NCBI GenBank assembly: GCA_964521185.1
Contig: CAZFRC010000003.1
Span: 2,112-66,111 of the forward strand
Source: an uncultured Candidatus Saccharibacteria bacterium
GTDB lineage: Bacteria > Patescibacteriota > Minisyncoccia > Phycocordibacterales > UBA12088
DNA length: 64,000 nucleotides
Reading direction: 5' to 3'
Below, piece after piece: positions 43,805-54,657 of this stretch. Within the stretch, counting starts at the first letter, position 1. Each line of letters starts with the position of its first letter. The translations under genes were made by a program, and so were the position numbers. The notes under the pieces were generated by a model, which was given only the letters and a program-made list of their open reading frames with translations, had not been told where the DNA came from and made no database searches.

Positions 43805-46108
43805 CTAAGGTATGGGAATTGGAGAGGGCAGGTCGATTATTCCTTGCTGTTCTTTCCACCTCGAGACTCCATATTCCCAGTATAGATACTGAGAATCTTC
43901 ATCTGGTCTCTCTGGCTTTGGTCCTCGAGGATTGTTTCTGTCCACCCAATGGAGAATAGAGTGAACTCCTCCTCCAAAAATTTCAACACGATTCTCTGCC
44001 AATGTTTTTTCCGTGGCACGAACACCCGTAGTTTTATCCAAGATATATCCATCGCTTCCTTGCCATATTCCCCGAAACACGGCCTTGATGTCGAAAGGAA
44101 TTATCGGAGGACTACCAAAAACCTCTTCAGGAAATGTGGGAAGGGCAGCTTCCATAAACTCATGCCATAAGGGGGCAATAATGAATCCAGCCACACGTTT
44201 TTCCATCGAAGAATTGTCGTTATTGCCTGCCCATGCTCCGACTGTAATGGAGGGGGTGTATCCAACCACCCACGCGTCCTTGTATTCGTTTGTAGTCCCT
44301 GTTTTTGCCGCAATGTCTCGACCGGGGAAGTATAAATACGACCGTTCTCCAAAGGCGGGGGTTCTCGCCGCATTATCAGACAAAATATCTGAAATACTTC
44401 GCGCAATGTCAGACTCGAGAACGCGAGTTCCTCGACCTTGGTACTCTTCAATAACCTCGCCACTTGAGTCTTCTATTCGAAGAATTGAAACGGGTTCAAA
44501 ACGAATTCCTTCCGTTGCAAAGACTCCATATGCACTGGTTATGTCAAGGAGGGTAACTTCTCCGCCTCCGAGTACAAGAGTAAGTCCGTATCTCGACATG
44601 TCGGATAATGTGCTGATCCCCATCGATTTTGCGAGGCGGATTGAATCAGCGATTCCTGCAAGATATAACACCTTAACGGCAGGAATGTTAATAGATTGGG
44701 CAAGTGCATTTCGTAACGTAACCGGTCCACGGAATATTGAGTCGTAGTTACTTGGATAATAACAAGGATCAGTGTCGCGGGTGTCTTCAGGGGTACAGGC
44801 CGTTGAGAATTGTGTGGGAACGTCAAATACTACAGTTTCTGATGTGTACCCCTTGCGAAGAGCTTCTGCGTAGACGAAAGGTTTAAAAGCGGATCCCGGC
44901 TGGCGTTTTGCGAGCGCAATGTTATAAGCTCCATCAATTTCAGTATCAAAATAATCTCTTGATCCGACCATAACCAATATTTGTCCGGTCTTGGGATCAA
45001 TAGCCGTGAGCGCCGCGTTAGTGGCGTTAAACTTCTCTGCATTTTCTTTGGCGTGGCGGCTTACAATTTCTTGCGCGATTGATTGGAGGCGGTAATCGAG
45101 TGTCGTGATTACCCTGAATCCGCGCTCTTCGATCGCACGTTCTCCGTATTTTTTTTCCAAATAGTCTCTCACATAGAAGACGAAATGAGGGGCTTTAATG
45201 CCGCGATCCCCCCTAGGGAGGAACACCACTTCCTCGTTTGTTGCGTTCATGTATTCCTCTTCAGAAATAAAGTCCATATCAACCATTCGTTTCAATACCG
45301 TATTTTTTCGTTCCACCAAGGCCTCTCGGTTGTTTCCATAGGGGGAGTAGTATGAGGGTGCTTGGGGAAGCGCGGCCAGATAAGCAGCTTCTCCGAGAGT
45401 GACATCAGACGCCGACTTTCCAAAATACGCCTGACTCGCTTCTTCAACCCCATACAGCGTGCCTCCATAGGGCACTTCATTTAAATAGAACCCCAATATT
45501 TCGTCCTTGCTGTACGCCTGTTCGAGTTTTACTGCGAGCACCCACTCTTTTATTTTTCGTGCGATTGTTTTCTCGTCCACCAAAACAGCTTTTTTGATTA
45601 CTTGCTGGGTAATGGTGGATCCTCCTTGTGAAAACTCCAGCCGCATTATGTTAACGAGCGCTGCTCGCAGGAACGCGATCGGGCGAACTCCTTTGTGTTG
45701 ATAAAATTCCGTATCCTCGATGGCAACCGTCGCATTTTTTATGTGGCGAGAAATATTTTCAAACGGTATCAATGTACGCTGGATGTTTTCGTGAAGGTCG
45801 TACAATACTATTTCTCCTGTGCGGTCGTATATTTTTGTCGATTGGCTGATACGACGTCCGGCGAACACCGAGAGATCGGGTGTGGTAAGCGTTGCCGCCC
45901 ACAAAAAGACACCCCCGCTTCCTATAAAAAAACATGTTCCGGCAAGGAATAGAAGCGTGCGAAATAAACGCGACCAACCTTTTTGCCGTTTTCCTTTTTT
46001 GTGCGCATGCATGCTTTTAAACAATACGACCAGTGAGTGCATGGTAACACGAACGGAAGTCTGAAACATCTCTTTCATTACAAAACCCCGGTGTATGGAA
46101 TGCTCCAT
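43805..46108 (-). CDS. Class A penicillin-binding protein (transglycosylase plus transpeptidase)
   Basis: GT51 motifs EDTEFYQHKGV and GGSTITQQ; transpeptidase SAFK (Ser-x-x-Lys), SIN, KTGT; N-terminal TM helix; the start may be an internal Met (46012-46078). Confidence 0.88.
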   Translation of the reverse strand: MEHSIHRGFVMKEMFQTSVRVTMHSLVVLFKSMHAHKKGKRQKGWSRLFRTLLFLAGTCFFIGSGGVFLWAATLTTPDLSVFAGRRISQSTKIYDRTGEIVLYDLHENIQRTLIPFENISRHIKNATVAIEDTEFYQHKGVRPIAFLRAALVNIMRLEFSQGGSTITQQVIKKAVLVDEKTIARKIKEWVLAVKLEQAYSKDEILGFYLNEVPYGGTLYGVEEASQAYFGKSASDVTLGEAAYLAALPQAPSYYSPYGNNREALVERKNTVLKRMVDMDFISEEEYMNATNEEVVFLPRGDRGIKAPHFVFYVRDYLEKKYGERAIEERGFRVITTLDYRLQSIAQEIVSRHAKENAEKFNATNAALTAIDPKTGQILVMVGSRDYFDTEIDGAYNIALAKRQPGSAFKPFVYAEALRKGYTSETVVFDVPTQFSTACTPEDTRDTDPCYYPSNYDSIFRGPVTLRNALAQSINIPAVKVLYLAGIADSIRLAKSMGISTLSDMSRYGLTLVLGGGEVTLLDITSAYGVFATEGIRFEPVSILRIEDSSGEVIEEYQGRGTRVLESDIARSISDILSDNAARTPAFGERSYLYFPGRDIAAKTGTTNEYKDAWVVGYTPSITVGAWAGNNDNSSMEKRVAGFIIAPLWHEFMEAALPTFPEEVFGSPPIIPFDIKAVFRGIWQGSDGYILDKTTGVRATEKTLAENRVEIFGGGVHSILHWVDRNNPRGPKPERPDEDSQYLYWEYGVSRWKEQQGIIDLPSPIPIP

Positions 46109-46433
46109 ACACCGGGGTTTTGCTCAGGAACTAACTTTCGTCGTCTGCGTCAAATCCTTCGTATTCAGAAACGTCCTCTTCTTCGGAGAGTTCAGGAAAC
46201 TCACTATCATCAGGTTCCGTTTCGTCTACATCATCATCTACCTCATCGTCTGCTGCAACAAAAGGCAGTACCACATCATCGTTAGTATATGAACGAACCA
46301 TACTACACGTTAACAAAGCTCATAAATATTCGTCCGCCGTGGACCGTGCCTCATTTGTATCAAAGTTGGCACAGGTTTAAAGAGGGTGTGCCCCCTACGC
46401 TGGGGATAATTCTTTTCGGCTGCCGAGGATACG

Positions 46434-46916
46434 TTACCGAAGTGACTGTTCCGATGCAAGGGCCGTCAAAGCAATAGCAATTGCATCGTATTCGTCGTCA
46501 AGACGAGGGGCCTTTTTTAACGCAAGCAGGCGGGGGATCATTTTTTGAATATCTTGTTTGTTTCCGCGGCCACTTCCCGAAATCGCTACTTTGATTTGGG
46601 GAGGAGTGTATTCAAATATAGGAAGGTTATGTTGAGAGGCAACAAACAACAGTACCCCCCGAGCCTCACTTACGCGCATCGCCGTGCGATGGTTGTTTGT
46701 GAGGTACAAAGTTTCAAGGGCTACTGCGTGAGGACGGTAAGTATTTAGGCATTCTTCGAAAGCACTTCCGATTTGGTGTAAACGTTTTTCAAACGGCGCT
46801 GTTGTTCGTGTGCGCACACAAGAAGAATACACAAGGACATCCTTGGTGTGGGGCAGGCGTTCGACAACTGCAATCCCCATACGCTCGTATCCGGGGTCGA
46901 TTCCAAGTACACGCAT
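46434..46916 (-). CDS. ruvC: Crossover junction endodeoxyribonuclease RuvC
   Basis: MRVLGIDPGYERMGIAVVE...; RNase H-like fold; 160 aa. Confidence 0.9.
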   Translation of the reverse strand: MRVLGIDPGYERMGIAVVERLPHTKDVLVYSSCVRTRTTAPFEKRLHQIGSAFEECLNTYRPHAVALETLYLTNNHRTAMRVSEARGVLLFVASQHNLPIFEYTPPQIKVAISGSGRGNKQDIQKMIPRLLALKKAPRLDDEYDAIAIALTALASEQSLR

Positions 46917-46946
46917 AGAGGTGGGACAGTAATTGATAACGTACGA

Positions 46947-47948
46947 TTAATGTAATACGGATCTGACTTGTTCTAGGTGCTCGTAAGTTCTTGGTGTTAC
47001 TATGCGCCCTCTCGGTGTACGCTCGATCAATCCTTGTCGCATAAGATAGGGTTCGTACACCTCCTCAATGGTTGATTCCTCTTCTGAGCTTGCTGCTGCA
47101 AGTGTGGAAAGACCAACCGGCCCTCCAGAAAATTTTTCAATAAGAATTGAAAGAATTCGACGATCAGAATCTGTCAGTCCAAGACGGTCAACGCCAAGCA
47201 TCGAAAGAGTGCGGTCAACCAGTACGCCGTCTAAGGGGGCTTTTTCAACCTGAGCAACGTCTCGGCAGCGTTTCAATAGATAATTTGCGGTACGAGGGGT
47301 CGCGCGACTTCTGCTTGAAATGGCCACAAGCGCGTCTTCGGTCGGGTCAACAAATAATATTTTCGCGCTCCGCGCGATAATTTTTTTCAGTTCTTCGTGG
47401 GTATAAAAATCAAGACGGAATGTTCCCCCCGAAAATCGAGAACGAAGAGGTCCTGACAGCATTCCGATTCGCGTAGTTGCGGCGACTAATGTGAACGGAG
47501 GAAGTTCAAGTTGGATTGAGCGTGCCGATGGTCCTTTTCCGATTATTATGTCGAGCGTTCCTGATTCAAGCGCGGGATACAATACTTCTTCAACCGATTT
47601 GGGCAGGCGATGAATTTCGTCAATAAACAGGATGTCTCCAGATCCTAAATTGGTGATAAGAGCTGCCAAATCGCCAACACGTTCGATGGCGGGCCCCGAA
47701 GTTATTCGAATTTGAGAGCCGATTTCTTTTGCCACGAGGTGTGCCAGTGTTGTTTTTCCAAGTCCGGGTGGGCCATACAGCAAAATGTGTTCCGGAGCAT
47801 GTCCCCGTTCTTTTGCTGCGGCAAGAAGTATTTGAAGATTCTTTTTTATAGGCTCTTGCCCGATATATTCGTTCCATGTGTCTGGACGCAACGTTCGATC
47901 AAGAGACAGGTCTTGTCGAGGAGAGGGATCAATAGGGGGGGTTGACAT
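46947..47948 (-). CDS. ruvB: Holliday junction branch-migration helicase RuvB
   Basis: Walker [16 protein letters not shown]; Walker [10 protein letters not shown]; winged-helix C-terminus. Confidence 0.93.
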   Translation of the reverse strand: MSTPPIDPSPRQDLSLDRTLRPDTWNEYIGQEPIKKNLQILLAAAKERGHAPEHILLYGPPGLGKTTLAHLVAKEIGSQIRITSGPAIERVGDLAALITNLGSGDILFIDEIHRLPKSVEEVLYPALESGTLDIIIGKGPSARSIQLELPPFTLVAATTRIGMLSGPLRSRFSGGTFRLDFYTHEELKKIIARSAKILFVDPTEDALVAISSRSRATPRTANYLLKRCRDVAQVEKAPLDGVLVDRTLSMLGVDRLGLTDSDRRILSILIEKFSGGPVGLSTLAAASSEEESTIEEVYEPYLMRQGLIERTPRGRIVTPRTYEHLEQVRSVLH

Positions 47949-48248
47949 AACAATTATTGTATGCTAGATTCTCGCGAGTTTTTGGTCGTGTTGGGAAGCC
48001 ATTACTACTCCTTACATGGCATATGTAGCTCCGACGTAGAATCCTCTAAGCAAAAGGCCCTAGCGGTTTTGGTCATTTCTCAAGGACTTCCTGGTATCCG
48101 TTTCGGCGGATCTTGCTGGGAATATCCCAAGAGTTACTGACCGACTTTCCATCCCGTATGAAAAGTGTTGCTTAGAGGATTCTACTTCGGAACACAATGG
48201 GCTTTCTAAGCTCGTGTGTTTACGAAACACTGAATCCTATCCGGTATC

Positions 48249-49925
48249 TTACGACTCGAACTTGGTCACATCAAGAACGCGACGTACTTCGGAAAGAGAG
48301 GTGACCCCCTGTAAAGCCTTGACAACAGCATCTTGTATCATTGTGAGCGTTTTTTGTGTACGAGCAATCTCTTGAATTTCGTGTTCGCCGGACTGAGCCT
48401 CAACCGCTGCCTCAATGTCAGGATTCATTTTAATTACTTCAAACACGCCGAGACGGCCTGAGTAAGCTAGGTTTTCGTTCCCATCAATCAATGACGGCTC
48501 CCATATCACGCTTTTGTTCTCTGGAATATACGCGGGGTCACTAATACTTGATAATACTCGATTAACAAATTCTGCGTCCTTTCCTTCGAGCTTCTTTTCG
48601 ACTCGGCTTTCTTTGCGAAGAATCCGCACCAGACGTTGGGCAATAACAACATTGACTGACGACCCGATCGTTTTTGCGTTAATGCCGAGGTCAACCAAAC
48701 GAGGGAACGCTCCAGCGGCCGAATTAGTGTGGAGCGTTGAAAATACCAGGTGCCCTGTAAGCGCGGCGTTGATCGCCGTTTCTGCCACTTCAGGATCTCT
48801 AATTTCACCGATCATGATGACATCAGGGTCCTGGCGAAGGGAAGCGCGAAGTCCCTGTGCGAAGGTGTAATGTTTTTCCACTTGGGTTTGCACGATGCCC
48901 GACAAATGGTATTCGACGGGGTCTTCTATTGTGATTATTTTGATGTCTGGCGAATGGATTTTTCGAAGGAACGCGTATAGCGTGGTTGTTTTTCCTGAAC
49001 CTGTGGGGCCTGTATTTAAAATCATGCCGTTCGGCCGTTTGATCTCTGTTTCAAGCAGGTCATAGAGGCGTTTTTCAATACCAAGTTCTTCCATTGATAC
49101 GGCGATTGTCGAAGGGTCGAGGAGGCGCATGACAATTGATTCCGCGTAGTTTCCAGGAAGCACCGATGTGCGGATTTCAATATCAGAATTATCAAGACGT
49201 ACACTGAAGCGTCCGTCTTGTGCGGAGTCGTGAACGTTGAGTTTAAGTCCCGAAAGAAGTTTTATGCGGGACAGAAGGAGGTCGTGCGTCTCGCGGTCAA
49301 AAAAGAGGACATCAATTAATACGCCATCCATTCGGTATCGAAGACGGACGTTCCCTTCCTCAGGCTCGATATGAATATCGGATGCTCCAAGAGCAAAAGC
49401 ACCGGCAAGCACCGTTTCCAGTATGCGAGAAGTGCGCAGCACGCGTTTCATGCCGAGTACCTCTTCGATTGCGTGTTTTGCGTCAGTAAGCGTTTTGATT
49501 ATCGCTTTCAGGTTTCCAATTTCTTCTGCTGAAATGTCGAGAATGCCGGCTTTTGTTTCGGTGGCGAACGAAAGATCTTTGTATCGATCCCACGCACGAC
49601 TAAGTCCTTGCATGGACGTCATATACAAAACCGGTTCATATCCGCGCGCCGCCAGGTCGTCTACAACCTCTTTTACTTCGGCGGTCTGGGGACTTTTTAC
49701 CGCAACAGAAACTTTTTTGTTAATACGCGCAAATACCGCCACAAGGGCCGCGCGAGCATTTGCTTCAGACACAAGGCGAAGCGCGTCGGTGTCAATAGAA
49801 TGCTGTGTAAGGTCTACATACCCAATCCCATACTTTTGAGACAATATACGGGCCAGCTCCTCCTCCTCTTTCTTTTTGAGAAATTCAATTTGCTGATTTT
49901 GTTTGTCTTCTTTAAAAATAGGCAT
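48249..49925 (-). CDS. pilB: Type IV pilus / type II secretion assembly ATPase, GspE/PilB family
   Basis: N-terminal GSPII_E_N region (ILSQKYGIGYVDL); Walker A LNTGPTGSGKTTTLYA; Asp and His boxes. The start is set at internal ATG 49923-49925 (MPIFKEDK...); the longer track N-terminus has no homolog-like sequence. Confidence 0.88.
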   Translation of the reverse strand: MPIFKEDKQNQQIEFLKKKEEEELARILSQKYGIGYVDLTQHSIDTDALRLVSEANARAALVAVFARINKKVSVAVKSPQTAEVKEVVDDLAARGYEPVLYMTSMQGLSRAWDRYKDLSFATETKAGILDISAEEIGNLKAIIKTLTDAKHAIEEVLGMKRVLRTSRILETVLAGAFALGASDIHIEPEEGNVRLRYRMDGVLIDVLFFDRETHDLLLSRIKLLSGLKLNVHDSAQDGRFSVRLDNSDIEIRTSVLPGNYAESIVMRLLDPSTIAVSMEELGIEKRLYDLLETEIKRPNGMILNTGPTGSGKTTTLYAFLRKIHSPDIKIITIEDPVEYHLSGIVQTQVEKHYTFAQGLRASLRQDPDVIMIGEIRDPEVAETAINAALTGHLVFSTLHTNSAAGAFPRLVDLGINAKTIGSSVNVVIAQRLVRILRKESRVEKKLEGKDAEFVNRVLSSISDPAYIPENKSVIWEPSLIDGNENLAYSGRLGVFEVIKMNPDIEAAVEAQSGEHEIQEIARTQKTLTMIQDAVVKALQGVTSLSEVRRVLDVTKFES

Positions 49926-50040
49926 AATAGCATGATACCGTTTCTCGCATGTTTTCGGAACGGTCTGGGGTGGGCGGGTTAAAATTCTTTTTATTTCGCA
50001 GGATGTATATCGGTTTGAGAGAGAGGTATACAATGGCGTT

Positions 50041-50478
50041 ATGGGTACCATATCCCTTGATGATTTGAATGAAGTAAGTGCTCGCATAGTAGAGAGCCTT
50101 CCGAAAGGATCAGCAAAGGCCGTGTGTCTTGCTCTTGTGGGAGATTTAGGGAGCGGAAAAACCACCCTCACGCAGCACATTGCCAGACATCTGGGTGTCA
50201 CCGTTCCGCTCCCTAGCCCCACCTTCCTCCTTCTTAGGAGTTACGAAATTCCCAACGAATTTTTTAATAAACTTATACACATCGACGCGTATCGAATTGA
50301 AGACAATAAAGAGCTCCAGCGGATTGGTTTTACCGAGTTAGCGCAAAGACCAAAAACGCTTATTGTGGTTGAGTGGGCGGACCGAGTTTCGGACACCATT
50401 CCAAAAGACGCTTTCTGGCTCCAGCTTTCTCACAGAGACAACGATACACGATATATTGAAGCACCATGGCTCGAATAA
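50041..50478 (+). CDS. tsaE: tRNA threonylcarbamoyladenosine biosynthesis protein TsaE
   Basis: P-loop LVGDLGSGKTTLTQHIARHLGV; 145 aa. Confidence 0.85.
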   Translation: MGTISLDDLNEVSARIVESLPKGSAKAVCLALVGDLGSGKTTLTQHIARHLGVTVPLPSPTFLLLRSYEIPNEFFNKLIHIDAYRIEDNKELQRIGFTELAQRPKTLIVVEWADRVSDTIPKDAFWLQLSHRDNDTRYIEAPWLE

Positions 50479-52880
50479 AATCAGAACCCCAATCAAACAG
50501 TCGAAAGAATGCGGCGCGAGAACGTCTGGTTCTTTTGGATGCACATGCAATTTTACACCGTGCGTATCATGCGCTTCCTGAATTTACCTCGCCTAAAGGT
50601 GAGCCAACCGGAGCATTGTTTGGTCTTTCCACCATGCTTATGCGTATTGTGGAAGATTTGCATCCCACGTACCTCGTTGCCTGTTTTGATCTCCCCAAAC
50701 CAACCTATCGGCACGCCGTGTACAAAGCATACAAGGCAAAGCGGCCAAGGCTCGACGAAGCTCTTGTTGCGCAAATTACCCGTTCTCGCGACGTCTTTGC
50801 CGCCTTTTCCATTCCTATCTATGAATGTGAGGGGTTTGAGGCGGATGATATATTAGGGACTATTGTTACCGATCTTGCTAAAAAACCAGTTGACATTGTT
50901 ATAGCGTCGGGCGATATGGATACCCTCCAGCTGGTTCGCGGGGCCACGGTGCAGGTATATACCCTTAAAAAAGGCCTTACAGATACGGTGATGTATGACG
51001 AGGCAGGGGTTGTTGCTCGGTTTGGATTTCCACCAAACCTTCTTCCTGACTACAAAGGGCTTCGGGGCGATCCGTCCGACAACATTATCGGTGTTCCAGG
51101 CATTGGAGAAAAAACCGCCACAGAATTGATTAAAGAATTTGGCACTATTGAGTCGATGTATGAAGCCTTAAAAAAACATCCAGAAAAACTTATTAAAAAG
51201 GGAATCAAGCCCCGCATCATCGAGATCCTTCGTGAACACGAAGAAAGCGCTTTGTTTTCAAAAGAACTTGCAACAATACGCAGAGACGCCCCAATTCATT
51301 TTGTATTTCCTCCAGCCCTTGCCGCCAAAGACAACACAGAGACGCTTCGAGCGCTATTTCAAGAGCTTGGCTTCCGATCACTCATGGAGCGGGCAAAAAA
51401 TGTGTTTGGGAATAAAGACGGGGGGCATAAGCATACAGTCACTGAAATAGTAGGTCCTTATGAAATGCCTATAGACCGGCAGATGTTTCGTGAATTACAG
51501 GTTGCCACATGGCTTCTTAATTCCGAACTCACCGACCCATCTCTTGATGACATTAAAAAAACAGCAGGAACAGAGGATCCTCTTAAAGCCAAAACCATCC
51601 TTGAAGAGCGTCTTCAGAAAGAAGGATTATACCGAATATATCGGGAAATAGAACTCCCGCTTCTCCCTGTCATGGATCGCATGAAAGAGCGTGGAGTACT
51701 CATTGACGTGTCGTATTTAAAAACGCTTGCCGCTCAGTATCGAAGAACACTCGAAACGCTCGAGCAACAAATTACGGCGATGGCAGGCACCACCTTTAAC
51801 ATAAACTCGCCGCGCCAACTTGGGGAGGTGTTGTTCGACAAACTCGGCCTTTCGACGAAGGGTCAGAAAAAAACCTCAACCGGAATGCTTTCAACTCGGG
51901 AGTCGGAACTCCTTAAGCTTCGCGGCGCACACCCGATCGTCGACCTTATTTTTTCGTACAGGGAATTGCAAAAGCTTCTTTCGACATATATTGAAACCAT
52001 CCCTACTATGGTTGACGTCGATAACCGGTTGCACGCCGATTTCACTCCGACAGGAACCACCACGGGACGCATGTCATCGCAAAATCCGAATCTCCAAAAT
52101 ATTCCCATTCGAACAGATCTCGGCAGGAGAATTCGAGAAGGTTTCGTGGCCCCTTTGGGATTTGTGCTTGTTGCGCTTGATTATTCGCAGATTGAGCTTC
52201 GTATTGCCGCAATTCTTTCACGAGACGAAAAACTCATTCAGATTTTTCAAGGCGGGGGAGATATTCATCGTGCGGTGGCTGCCGAGGTGTTTGGAGTCCC
52301 TCCCGAAATGGTAGATGCCGAAATGCGCCGCCGAGCAAAAATAATAAATTTCGGGATTCTCTATGGTATGGGAGTGAATGCGCTTCGAGAAAATCTGGGA
52401 ACGACAAGGAGCGAGGCGCAACAATTTTACGACGAATACTTTAAAAATTTTTCTGGATTAGCAAGATATTTGGAACACACCAAACGCGAAGCGTCTCGAC
52501 TGGGTTATACCAGCACCCTGTTTGGAAGAAAACGCCACTTTCCCGGCATTCGCTCACCGATACCCTATATTCGCGCACAAGCGGAACGCATGGCTATCAA
52601 TGCTCCTATACAAGGGACACAGGCTGATATCATTAAACGCGCAATGATTGATATCGATACTCTGTTTCAAAAGGAGAAAGGAAACGCATACCTTTTGCTT
52701 CAGGTTCATGATGAGCTGGTGTTTGAGGCGGATTCGTCACACGCCGATCGTTTGGCTGGTGCGGCGAAGCGCATCATGGAATCAGTGCTTTCGGATGACG
52801 AACGACAGGGCGTTCCCATAATTGCGGAAGTTTCAAAAGGGACGACATGGGGAAATATGGAGAAAACATCACGGACATGA
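50466..52880 (+). CDS. polA: DNA polymerase I
   Basis: 5'-3' exo domain (LLDAHAILHRAYHA, GIGEKTA); family-A polymerase motifs RRAAKIINFGILYGMG and LLQVHDELVFE; 804 aa. Confidence 0.92.
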   Translation: MARIKSEPQSNSRKNAARERLVLLDAHAILHRAYHALPEFTSPKGEPTGALFGLSTMLMRIVEDLHPTYLVACFDLPKPTYRHAVYKAYKAKRPRLDEALVAQITRSRDVFAAFSIPIYECEGFEADDILGTIVTDLAKKPVDIVIASGDMDTLQLVRGATVQVYTLKKGLTDTVMYDEAGVVARFGFPPNLLPDYKGLRGDPSDNIIGVPGIGEKTATELIKEFGTIESMYEALKKHPEKLIKKGIKPRIIEILREHEESALFSKELATIRRDAPIHFVFPPALAAKDNTETLRALFQELGFRSLMERAKNVFGNKDGGHKHTVTEIVGPYEMPIDRQMFRELQVATWLLNSELTDPSLDDIKKTAGTEDPLKAKTILEERLQKEGLYRIYREIELPLLPVMDRMKERGVLIDVSYLKTLAAQYRRTLETLEQQITAMAGTTFNINSPRQLGEVLFDKLGLSTKGQKKTSTGMLSTRESELLKLRGAHPIVDLIFSYRELQKLLSTYIETIPTMVDVDNRLHADFTPTGTTTGRMSSQNPNLQNIPIRTDLGRRIREGFVAPLGFVLVALDYSQIELRIAAILSRDEKLIQIFQGGGDIHRAVAAEVFGVPPEMVDAEMRRRAKIINFGILYGMGVNALRENLGTTRSEAQQFYDEYFKNFSGLARYLEHTKREASRLGYTSTLFGRKRHFPGIRSPIPYIRAQAERMAINAPIQGTQADIIKRAMIDIDTLFQKEKGNAYLLLQVHDELVFEADSSHADRLAGAAKRIMESVLSDDERQGVPIIAEVSKGTTWGNMEKTSRT

Positions 52881-53584
52881 TCTATCTTATTCTTGGCACC
52901 GATCGGACTAAAGCATTACAAGAGGCACACCGTCTGTCGCGTAAGCTTGCGGACGAATATCGTGCCACCCACGTGCTTCGTTTTGACGGAGAAGGCGCGA
53001 TTCGCGATGAAATTGAAAGACTGCCCCTCGCACAAGGTTTATTCGAGGCGCGTCTCGTTGTCATCATGGACCGTCTCGGGGCCAATGACGAATACCATTC
53101 ATGGATTATCCCTCTCGTTGAGGATCTTGCGAGTTCTTCCAATATGTTTGTGGTAATCGAGGAAGCCCTTTCAAGGCCGCTTGAGTTGCTTGAAACAAAA
53201 GCCGAAAAAACATACCGATTTGATGTTTCTCTATCGAAAACAGATTCGTTCAACATATTTGAGCTGTCGGATGCTTTTGGCGCGCGCGACAAAAAAAAGC
53301 TATGGGTGTTGTATCAAAAAGCACTTCGCCGCCATCTGTCTCCCGAAGAAATACACGGAACGCTTTCGTGGCAATCAAGAATGATGCTTGGGGCGAGCGT
53401 GGGAACGAGTGCAGAGGAGGTCGGGCAAAAGCCTTTCGTATTTAGCAAGGCGACACGTTACCAAAAAAAATACCCAAATAACACTCCCCATATTGCGAAA
53501 TCTCTCGTGAAGATTTTTCACGAAGCAAGGAGGGGGAGATTTGACCTCGATCTTGCTCTCGAACACTTTATATTGTCGTTGTGA
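52877..53584 (+). CDS. holA: DNA polymerase III delta subunit-like (HolA), short form
   Basis: MIYLILGTDRTKALQEAHRL... resembles delta N-termini; ATG overlaps the polA stop (ATGA at 52877-52880); the track ORF starts at 52847. Confidence 0.5.
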   Translation: MIYLILGTDRTKALQEAHRLSRKLADEYRATHVLRFDGEGAIRDEIERLPLAQGLFEARLVVIMDRLGANDEYHSWIIPLVEDLASSSNMFVVIEEALSRPLELLETKAEKTYRFDVSLSKTDSFNIFELSDAFGARDKKKLWVLYQKALRRHLSPEEIHGTLSWQSRMMLGASVGTSAEEVGQKPFVFSKATRYQKKYPNNTPHIAKSLVKIFHEARRGRFDLDLALEHFILSL

Positions 53585-53678
53585 TGTCTGTGTGTCCAGT
53601 ATTCTTGAAATAGCGCGAACTGTTTTCACCGCCGAGCGAAGCGAGGCGGCTACCTCCGGCTTGCGTTTTACTGAAGTG

Positions 53679-53751
53679 TCCGCCCAGAAGGACTTGAACC
53701 TTCGACCGTCTCCTTAAAAGGGAGCTGCTCTACCAACTGAGCTATGGGCGG
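53679..53751 (-). tRNA. tRNA-Lys (anticodon UUU)
   Basis: Hand fold: acceptor CCGCCCA/TGGGCGG, D-arm GCTC-AGTTGGTA-GAGC, anticodon loop CTTTTAA, T-arm GAAGG-TTCAAGT-CCTTC, discriminator A. Confidence 0.8.
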
Positions 53752-53776
53752 ATGAATGGAGGCACTATACCGTTTT

Positions 53777-54154
53777 TTATAGCGACAGGTCAAAAGCGAA
53801 ATGCCCAGCACCGGTTACTAAGAGTGAAAGGTATATCGCTCCAGCAAGGATATAAAACGCAGCAGGGAATTGAATAATTTCTGGATGGCGGCGGCCCATT
53901 ATGGAAATCCATCCGATTTCCAAAAGTCCAAGGAGTGCCCCAAGCTGGGTATAGTAGCCAAAAAGGATTGAAAGTCCAACTAAGGTTTGGATCAAAGCCA
54001 TGCCGTACATCAGGTATCCCCCATGTGTCCGCGCTCCTCGTGCATACACGACACTTCCTGATAAGAGGAATAATCCAAGTGGAACCCGAAGGATGAAAGG
54101 CGCCACATGCTCAAGAAACAGAAGACTTTCAAAAGGATTAAGCGGCGTGAACAT
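53777..54154 (-). CDS. DoxX-family membrane protein
   Basis: 125 aa; 3-4 TM helices; RVPLGLFLLSGSVVYARG-type DoxX N-terminal pattern. Confidence 0.45.
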   Translation of the reverse strand: MFTPLNPFESLLFLEHVAPFILRVPLGLFLLSGSVVYARGARTHGGYLMYGMALIQTLVGLSILFGYYTQLGALLGLLEIGWISIMGRRHPEIIQFPAAFYILAGAIYLSLLVTGAGHFAFDLSL

Positions 54155-54186
54155 AAAAGTAGTATATCATTTGGGTACGTGTTTCT

Positions 54187-54657
54187 ATGCACACAGTATT
54201 CCTCGTACTCGAAAACGTTAGAAGTGCTGAAAATGTTGGCAGTATTTTTCGTACGGCCGATGGTTTTGGTGTACAAAAAATATACCTAGTGGGATATACC
54301 CCATCCCCAATAGACCGTTTTGGCCGCAAGCGAAAAGATATTCAAAAAACGGCGCTCGGCGCAGAGGAAAGTGTTGCTTATGAATCGGTAGAAACGATCG
54401 GGGAACTACTCTCGCGATTTAAACAGAAAGGAATTTCAGTCGTAAGCGTCGAACAGTCAGGCACATCGATAATGCTTCGCGATTTCATTCCACAATTTCC
54501 GCTCGCGCTTATTCTTGGAAATGAGGTGCATGGAGTTTCGGGAATTGCGCTCGAACAGTCTGATAGCGTTGTTGAAATTCCAATGGGCGGATCAAAAGAG
54601 TCGTTTAACGTTGGGGTTGCGGCAGCGCTTGTTCTCTATCATGTCAACACCTTTTGA
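54187..54657 (+). CDS. SPOUT (SpoU/TrmH-family) RNA 2'-O-methyltransferase
   Basis: ENVRSAENVGSIFRTADGFGV and LILGNEVHGVS motifs. Confidence 0.8.
   Translation: MHTVFLVLENVRSAENVGSIFRTADGFGVQKIYLVGYTPSPIDRFGRKRKDIQKTALGAEESVAYESVETIGELLSRFKQKGISVVSVEQSGTSIMLRDFIPQFPLALILGNEVHGVSGIALEQSDSVVEIPMGGSKESFNVGVAAALVLYHVNTF

Noticed and set aside
46131-46316. 61-aa highly acidic minus-strand ORF between ruvC and the PBP gene
   Set aside because: Its D/E-rich tail could be real, but there is no RBS and no recognisable fold, and it sits in what is probably the PBP promoter region. It is too uncertain to call.
53628-53660. CCGCC-gagcgaagcga-GGCGG hairpin after holA as a terminator
   Set aside because: It is not followed by a U-tract on either strand; noted only as a GC hairpin.
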